From Pseudolabrys sp. (GTDB lineage: Bacteria > Pseudomonadota > Alphaproteobacteria > Rhizobiales > Xanthobacteraceae), in the NCBI GenBank assembly GCA_019689975.1, contig JADGGK010000002.1, forward strand, positions 38,114-102,113: DNA of 64,000 bases, given 5' to 3'. Below the pieces are notes generated by a model that saw nothing but the letters and a program-made list of their open reading frames with translations, ran no database searches and had not been told where the DNA came from. Positions 59,588 through 64,000 of this stretch are shown in pieces. Both the position numbers and the translations under genes were made by a program. The stretch's first letter is position 1. Each line of letters opens with the position of its first letter.

Positions 59588-60751
59588 TCATGCGAGCGAC
59601 GCTGTAAAATACCGCTCGATGATCTTGTGATAGATCGCGGTGAGCGCCTGCAGGTCGGCGATCGGCACATGCTCGTCGACCGCGTGCATGGTCTGTCCGA
59701 CCAGGCCGAACTCCACCACGGGACAGTATTTCGTGATGAAGCGCGCGTCCGACGTGCCGCCAGCCGTGGAGAGCCGAGGCCTGCGACCGGTGACGCTTTG
59801 CACCGCATCGGCCACGAGTTCCGTGAATGGACCCGGTTCGGTCACGAAGACGTCGGCATTCGAGGGTTCCCACTGCAGGGCGAACCTGATCCGGCCTTCG
59901 GCGGCGCTCTTTGCTCGCTGCTCGATCAATGTTTTGAGCGAATCGCGCGTGTGCCTGTCGTTGAAACGGATGTTGAAACGTGCGCGTGCTTCGCCGGGAA
60001 TGAGATTCACGGTCTTGTTGCCCACGTCGATCGAGGTGAATTCGAGATGCGAGGGCGCGAATTGCGCGGTGCCTTGATCGAGGGGTTCGTCATGCAGCGC
60101 TGCGATCAGCTTCACCAGGCCGCGGATCGGGTTGTCGGCCCGCTGCGGATAGGCGACGTGTCCCTGTTTTCCGGTCACGATGAGCTGACCGTTGAGCGAG
60201 CCGCGGCGGCCGATCTTGATGGTGTCTCCGAGCTCGTTCTGGCAGCTAGGCTCGCCGAGAATGCAATGATCGAACCGTTCGCCGCGCGCTGCCGCCCATT
60301 GCAACAGCTTCGGCATGCCGTTGACCGCAACGCCTTCTTCATCACCGCTGATCAGGAACGATATCGATCCGCGCGGCTCGTGCGCGGCAAGATAGTCGAG
60401 CACCGCGGCGACGGCGCAGGCGATGCCACCCTTCATGTCGACGGCCCCGCGGCCGTAAAGCGCATGACCGTCACTTTCGCCGGCAAAAGGCGGGTGGCTC
60501 CAGGCGTTTTCGTCGCCAGGCGGCACGACATCGGTATGGCCTGCGAAGACGAGAAGCGGCGCCGAGGTGCCGACGCGCGCATAGAGGTTTTCGACCTCCT
60601 CGGTTCCCGGTTCGCGGAACCTAATTCGATGCACCGTGAAGCCCGCGGCCTGCAATGTCCGCTCAAGAAAACCCAGCGCACCGCCTTCGTTCGGCGTGAC
60701 CGAGGGACAGCGCAACAGCGCGCGGGCGATGGCGACCGGATCGACGGACAT
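59588..60751 (-). CDS. dapE: Succinyl-diaminopimelate desuccinylase
   Basis: [32 protein letters not shown]20 motifs. ATG at 60751; the track start at 60766 is TTG and overlaps the dapD stop. Confidence 0.93.
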   Translation of the reverse strand: MSVDPVAIARALLRCPSVTPNEGGALGFLERTLQAAGFTVHRIRFREPGTEEVENLYARVGTSAPLLVFAGHTDVVPPGDENAWSHPPFAGESDGHALYGRGAVDMKGGIACAVAAVLDYLAAHEPRGSISFLISGDEEGVAVNGMPKLLQWAAARGERFDHCILGEPSCQNELGDTIKIGRRGSLNGQLIVTGKQGHVAYPQRADNPIRGLVKLIAALHDEPLDQGTAQFAPSHLEFTSIDVGNKTVNLIPGEARARFNIRFNDRHTRDSLKTLIEQRAKSAAEGRIRFALQWEPSNADVFVTEPGPFTELVADAVQSVTGRRPRLSTAGGTSDARFITKYCPVVEFGLVGQTMHAVDEHVPIADLQALTAIYHKIIERYFTASLA

Positions 60752-60762
60752 CTGGCTTGGGT

Positions 60763-61608
60763 TCAATCCCTGAGCAGCTCGTTGACATTCGTCTTGGCGC
60801 GCGTCTTTTCATCCACGCGCTTGACGATAACGGCGCAATAAAGGCCCGGGCCCGGGGTGCCGTCGGGCAAGGACCGACCCGGCATCGTGCCGGGCACGAC
60901 GACCGAATAGGGCGGCACCTCGCCCTGATAGATCTTGCCGGTCTCGCGGTCGATGATCTTGGTGGAGCGCCCGATATAGACTCCCATGCCAAGCACGCAG
61001 CCCTCACGCACGATGACGCCTTCGACCACTTCCGATCGCGCACCGATGAAGCAATTGTCCTCGATGATCACCGGGCCGGCCTGCAGCGGCTCGAGCACGC
61101 CGCCGATGCCAGCCCCGCCGGAGATATGGCAGTTCTTTCCGATCTGCGCGCAGCTGCCCACCGTCGCCCAGGTGTCGATCATGCTGCCTGAATCGACATA
61201 GGCGCCGAGATTGACGAAGGAGGGCATCAGCACCACGCCGGGCGCGATATAGGCGGAGCGGCGAACGAGGCAACCGGGCACGGCGCGGAAGCCGGCGGCG
61301 CGGAATTCGGCGTCGCCCCAGCCGTCGAACTTCGACGGTACCTTGTCCCACCAGACCGCGCGGCCGGGGCCGCCGCCGATGACATTCATGTCATTGAGAC
61401 GGAACGATAACAGTACCGCTTTCTTCAGCCACTGGTTGACTCGCCAGTTGCCGTCGCCGGTCGGCTCGGCGACGCGCGCCTTGCCGCTGTCGAGCAAAGC
61501 GAGCGCGGCCTCGACCGCCTCGCGCACCGGTCCCTGCGTGGTAGGGCCTATGCCGTCGCTCGCCTCGAAGGCGGCATCAATGGTTTCGGCGAGTTTTTCA
61601 TTGGACAT
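60763..61608 (-). CDS. dapD: 2,3,4,5-tetrahydropyridine-2,6-dicarboxylate N-succinyltransferase
   Basis: Met 17 of ORF 60763..61656. Hexapeptide-repeat region ([40 protein letters not shown]). Confidence 0.94.
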   Translation of the reverse strand: MSNEKLAETIDAAFEASDGIGPTTQGPVREAVEAALALLDSGKARVAEPTGDGNWRVNQWLKKAVLLSFRLNDMNVIGGGPGRAVWWDKVPSKFDGWGDAEFRAAGFRAVPGCLVRRSAYIAPGVVLMPSFVNLGAYVDSGSMIDTWATVGSCAQIGKNCHISGGAGIGGVLEPLQAGPVIIEDNCFIGARSEVVEGVIVREGCVLGMGVYIGRSTKIIDRETGKIYQGEVPPYSVVVPGTMPGRSLPDGTPGPGLYCAVIVKRVDEKTRAKTNVNELLRD

Positions 61609-61710
61609 GCGCGTGCGGCCCCTGGACCCGTGTTCGCCCGCGGTTTGTCGAGGCAAGCGGCAGCCCTGTCAAGCCGCCGCGCCGGGACAATCGGGTCCGG
61701 CCCGACGCAT

Positions 61711-61734
61711 AAAAAAGGCCCCCTTGCGGGGGCC
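61711..61734 (-). terminator. Intrinsic terminator downstream of the OFA transporter gene
   Basis: On the minus strand: GGCCCCC GCAA GGGGGCC followed by TTTTTT. On the plus strand: A6 at 61711-16, stem at 61717-23 / 61728-34. Confidence 0.8.
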
Positions 61735-61778
61735 TTCGCTTCCGGTAGTCGACAAGTTCGAGCGCTCCCCGCGCCGGG

Positions 61779-63065
61779 CTAGACCGCATGCGCGAGCCGC
61801 TCGTTCGCCGTCACCTTGTTGCGCATCGGCTTGAGCACGAACAGTGCCAGTGCCACCACCAGCAGGTTCATGATCGCGGTAACCGCGAACACCATGTGCC
61901 AGCTTCCGGTGGAGGCCTTGATCATGTTGGCGACCGGCACCAGGAAGGCCGAGGCACCCTTGGCGGTGTAGAGCAGGCTAAGGTTCACGGTGGCGAATTT
62001 CGGCCCGAAGCTGTCGGTGCAGGTCGACGGGAACAGGCTGAAGATCTCGCCCCAGGTGAGGAAGATCAGCGCGGCGAACACCACGAAGGCCCAGGGCGAG
62101 TGGCCGGCCGAGCCGAGCAGCCAATAGGCGACGGCGCCGAGGCCGAAAGCGATCGCCATGGTGTATTCGCGACCGATATTATCCGACACCCAGCCGAACA
62201 GGGGTCGCGCGGCGCCGTTCGCGAGATTGTCGATGATCAGCGCCACCGACAGGGCTGTCGCGCCGCCGAGGATCGCCACATTGGCGATGTTATAGTCGCG
62301 CGCAATCAGCGCGATCTGCGCGGTCGCCATCAGGCCGCTGGCCGAGATCATGACGAACATGATGTAGAGGATCCAGAAGATCGGCGACATCAGCATTTCG
62401 GCGGGCGTATAGCTCTTGGCCGATTGCACGACCTTGGGCGGGGCCACGCTGGCGAGCTCGCCCGGTTCGGGCGCGCGCAGCAGCCAGGCGAGCAACAGCA
62501 CGATGGCGCCCTGCCCGAGGCCGAACCAGAAGAAGGCGGCCTCATAGCCGCTCACGGCGATCATGGCCCGGATTGGCACCACGGTGAGCGCGGCGCCCGC
62601 GCCGAAGCCGGCGGCGGTCAGGCCCACCGCAAGCCCGCGGCGATCGGGGAACCATTTCACCGCCTGGCCCACGCAGGTCGCATAGACGGCGCCGCCGCCG
62701 ATGCCGGCGAGAACCGCGCCCAAATACAGCATCTCGAGTGAGTCGGCTTTCGAATTGATTATCCAGCCGGCCGCGATCAGCACGCCGCCTAAGGCGACCA
62801 TGAGCTTGGGTCCGCGCTGCACGCCGAGTTTGTCGACGATCCAACCTGCCACCGGCGTCAGCCAGGTCTCCAGCGCGACGAAGATGCTGAAGGCGACCTG
62901 GATGGCGGCGATCGACCAGCCGTGCTTCGCATTGATCGGATGGACGAACAGGGTCCAGCCGTATTGCAGGTTTGCGATCATGATCATGCAGATGATCCCG
63001 GCGAAAAGCTGGGTCCATCTTTCGCGCGAGATCGATTGACTTGGGCTCGCCGAAGCATTGGCCAT
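61779..63065 (-). CDS. MFS transporter, oxalate/formate antiporter (OFA) family
   Basis: RERWTQLFAGIICMIMIANLQYGWTLFVHP OFA-type N-terminus. 12 TM. AAGGAGA RBS upstream. Confidence 0.85.
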   Translation of the reverse strand: MANASASPSQSISRERWTQLFAGIICMIMIANLQYGWTLFVHPINAKHGWSIAAIQVAFSIFVALETWLTPVAGWIVDKLGVQRGPKLMVALGGVLIAAGWIINSKADSLEMLYLGAVLAGIGGGAVYATCVGQAVKWFPDRRGLAVGLTAAGFGAGAALTVVPIRAMIAVSGYEAAFFWFGLGQGAIVLLLAWLLRAPEPGELASVAPPKVVQSAKSYTPAEMLMSPIFWILYIMFVMISASGLMATAQIALIARDYNIANVAILGGATALSVALIIDNLANGAARPLFGWVSDNIGREYTMAIAFGLGAVAYWLLGSAGHSPWAFVVFAALIFLTWGEIFSLFPSTCTDSFGPKFATVNLSLLYTAKGASAFLVPVANMIKASTGSWHMVFAVTAIMNLLVVALALFVLKPMRNKVTANERLAHAV

Positions 63066-63085
63066 TTCAGTCTCCTTGGTTGCGT

Positions 63086-63298
63086 TTAGTTTTGCTGCTT
63101 GTGTTCGGCCTTTGCCGGCAGCGCCTGCACGGCTTGCGCGGGTTCGCCAAGCAGAAGCAATTCGGTGCGCGTGAGTCCGCCGCTGCCGATGCGGTATTCA
63201 TTGACAAGGATGAAATACGCGGCGGAGAAGAGGAGAGCGCCCGCTATTGCCAAATCGACAAGGAACGGAACATCTCCGCGCGCGGCTTTGGGCCGCAT
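63086..63298 (-). CDS. Hypothetical small single-TM protein upstream of the OFA transporter
   Basis: 70-aa ORF with one hydrophobic segment (FLVDLAIAGALLFSAAYFILV). Its stop lies 20 nt before the transporter ATG. I recognise no family. Confidence 0.4.
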   Translation of the reverse strand: MRPKAARGDVPFLVDLAIAGALLFSAAYFILVNEYRIGSGGLTRTELLLLGEPAQAVQALPAKAEHKQQN

Positions 63299-63426
63299 TC
63301 GTAGACCGACGATAAGCGCCCCCGTTTACGTCGTTATTTTTCTTATCGAAAACGCGTGCGGTCAAGGGATGAAGTCACAGATGGACGCCGGATTCAGTGT
63401 CGAATAAAGGCTGCTCAACTCTCATC

Positions 63427-64000
63427 CTAAAGTCGTAATTCGGCAGTCAATCTTTCGATGAAATCAACCAAATTCGCGGTCACGTGATCGATGTGGCCGG
63501 CCTCGCGACCTTCCAATTCCCAGTCCTCGCGCACCACTTCGCGCTCGCCGTCGGGCACCACCAGCACCGTGGTCATGCCGAGCGCATGGGGCACTTCCAG
63601 ATTGCGCGCGAGATCCTCGAACATGGCAGCCCGGCCGGGCTCGACCGCGTGCCGGGAAAGAAAACGCCGATAGGTGTTGAGTGCCGGCTTGGGTTCGAGC
63701 GCGGCGGCCACGATGTCGAAGACGTCTTCGAACTGCTCATGGATGTTGAGCCGGCGCATCACCGCCTCGGCATGCCGGCGGGTGCCGTTGGTGAGAATGA
63801 GCTTGCGACCGGGCAGTTTCTCGAGCGCCGCCCCGAGTGCCGGATTGGGCTCGAGCGGAGAATGGTCGATGCGATGAACGAATTCGAGATAGGCGTCGGG
63901 GTCGAGCCCATGCTCGATCATCAACCCGCGCAGCGTGGTACCGTATCGCCGATAGTAGTCCTTCTGCATGCGGAATGCCTCGTCATGCGAGATTTTGAGG
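63427..64000 (-). CDS. Pyrimidine 5'-nucleotidase (HAD superfamily), N-terminus beyond the right edge
   Basis: YYRRYGTTLRGLM...KLILTNGTRRHA...FEDLARNL are HAD/TIGR01993-like. The reading frame stays open upstream of Met at 63969 to the window end. Confidence 0.82.
   Translation of the reverse strand, partial: LKISHDEAFRMQKDYYRRYGTTLRGLMIEHGLDPDAYLEFVHRIDHSPLEPNPALGAALEKLPGRKLILTNGTRRHAEAVMRRLNIHEQFEDVFDIVAAALEPKPALNTYRRFLSRHAVEPGRAAMFEDLARNLEVPHALGMTTVLVVPDGEREVVREDWELEGREAGHIDHVTANLVDFIERLTAELRL

Noticed and set aside
1-64000. CRISPR arrays, tRNA/rRNA genes, transposases, integrases, prophage or defence-island genes.
   Set aside because: I saw no spaced direct-repeat arrays, no tRNA T-arm signatures (GGTTCGAAT-type), and no ORF with recombinase, transposase or known defence-system motifs. 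The gene content is housekeeping plus a Tad pilus locus.

Overview
Visibly GC-rich (about two-thirds G+C by eye, not computed), densely coding chromosomal segment. Gene content and synteny point to an alphaproteobacterium of the Hyphomicrobiales/Rhizobiales type: ffs-dnaX-ybaB-recR, def-fmt-truA, dapD-dapE, and a cpa/ctp-type Tad locus. I support about 60 CDS, one SRP RNA, two intrinsic terminators and a few small repeats.

Content from left to right:
- Lytic transglycosylase (partial) and two ArsB/NhaD-type permeases.
- RidA, polA, an acyltransferase-3, ugd, hrpB, a retropepsin-like protease and PMM/PGM.
- An FAD monooxygenase, kdsB-pheA, and a membrane-anchored cytochrome c.
- A yejA-yejA-yejB-yejE-yejF peptide importer operon extended by a DsbA-like gene and a Nudix gene.
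- A complete Flp/Tad pilus locus: two tadE-like genes, a pilus-N-domain gene, flp, cpaA-F, tadB, tadC and a TPR tadD-like gene.
- An M17 aminopeptidase and a C40 peptidase.
- An lrp-rhodanese-yeeE sulfur module.
- pfkB, nudC, a C-N hydrolase and a GT9 heptosyltransferase.
- ffs-dnaX-ybaB-recR, ampG, rmuC, def, fmt, truA, dapE, dapD, an OFA-family MFS transporter and a pyrimidine 5'-nucleotidase (partial).

I saw no tRNA, rRNA, CRISPR array, transposase, integrase or phage genes. Many long ORFs in the track are GC-driven shadow frames or upstream extensions into neighbouring genes, and I trimmed the starts accordingly.

I do not see convincing evidence for a wholly new system here; this looks like core genome. 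The best leads are modest:
- DsbA-like and Nudix genes translationally coupled to the Yej importer.
- A cysteine-pair signature across the secreted Tad components, including the Flp pilin.
- A secreted rhodanese + YeeE module with a 50-aa Cys-rich membrane peptide.
- Several unexplained non-coding elements.
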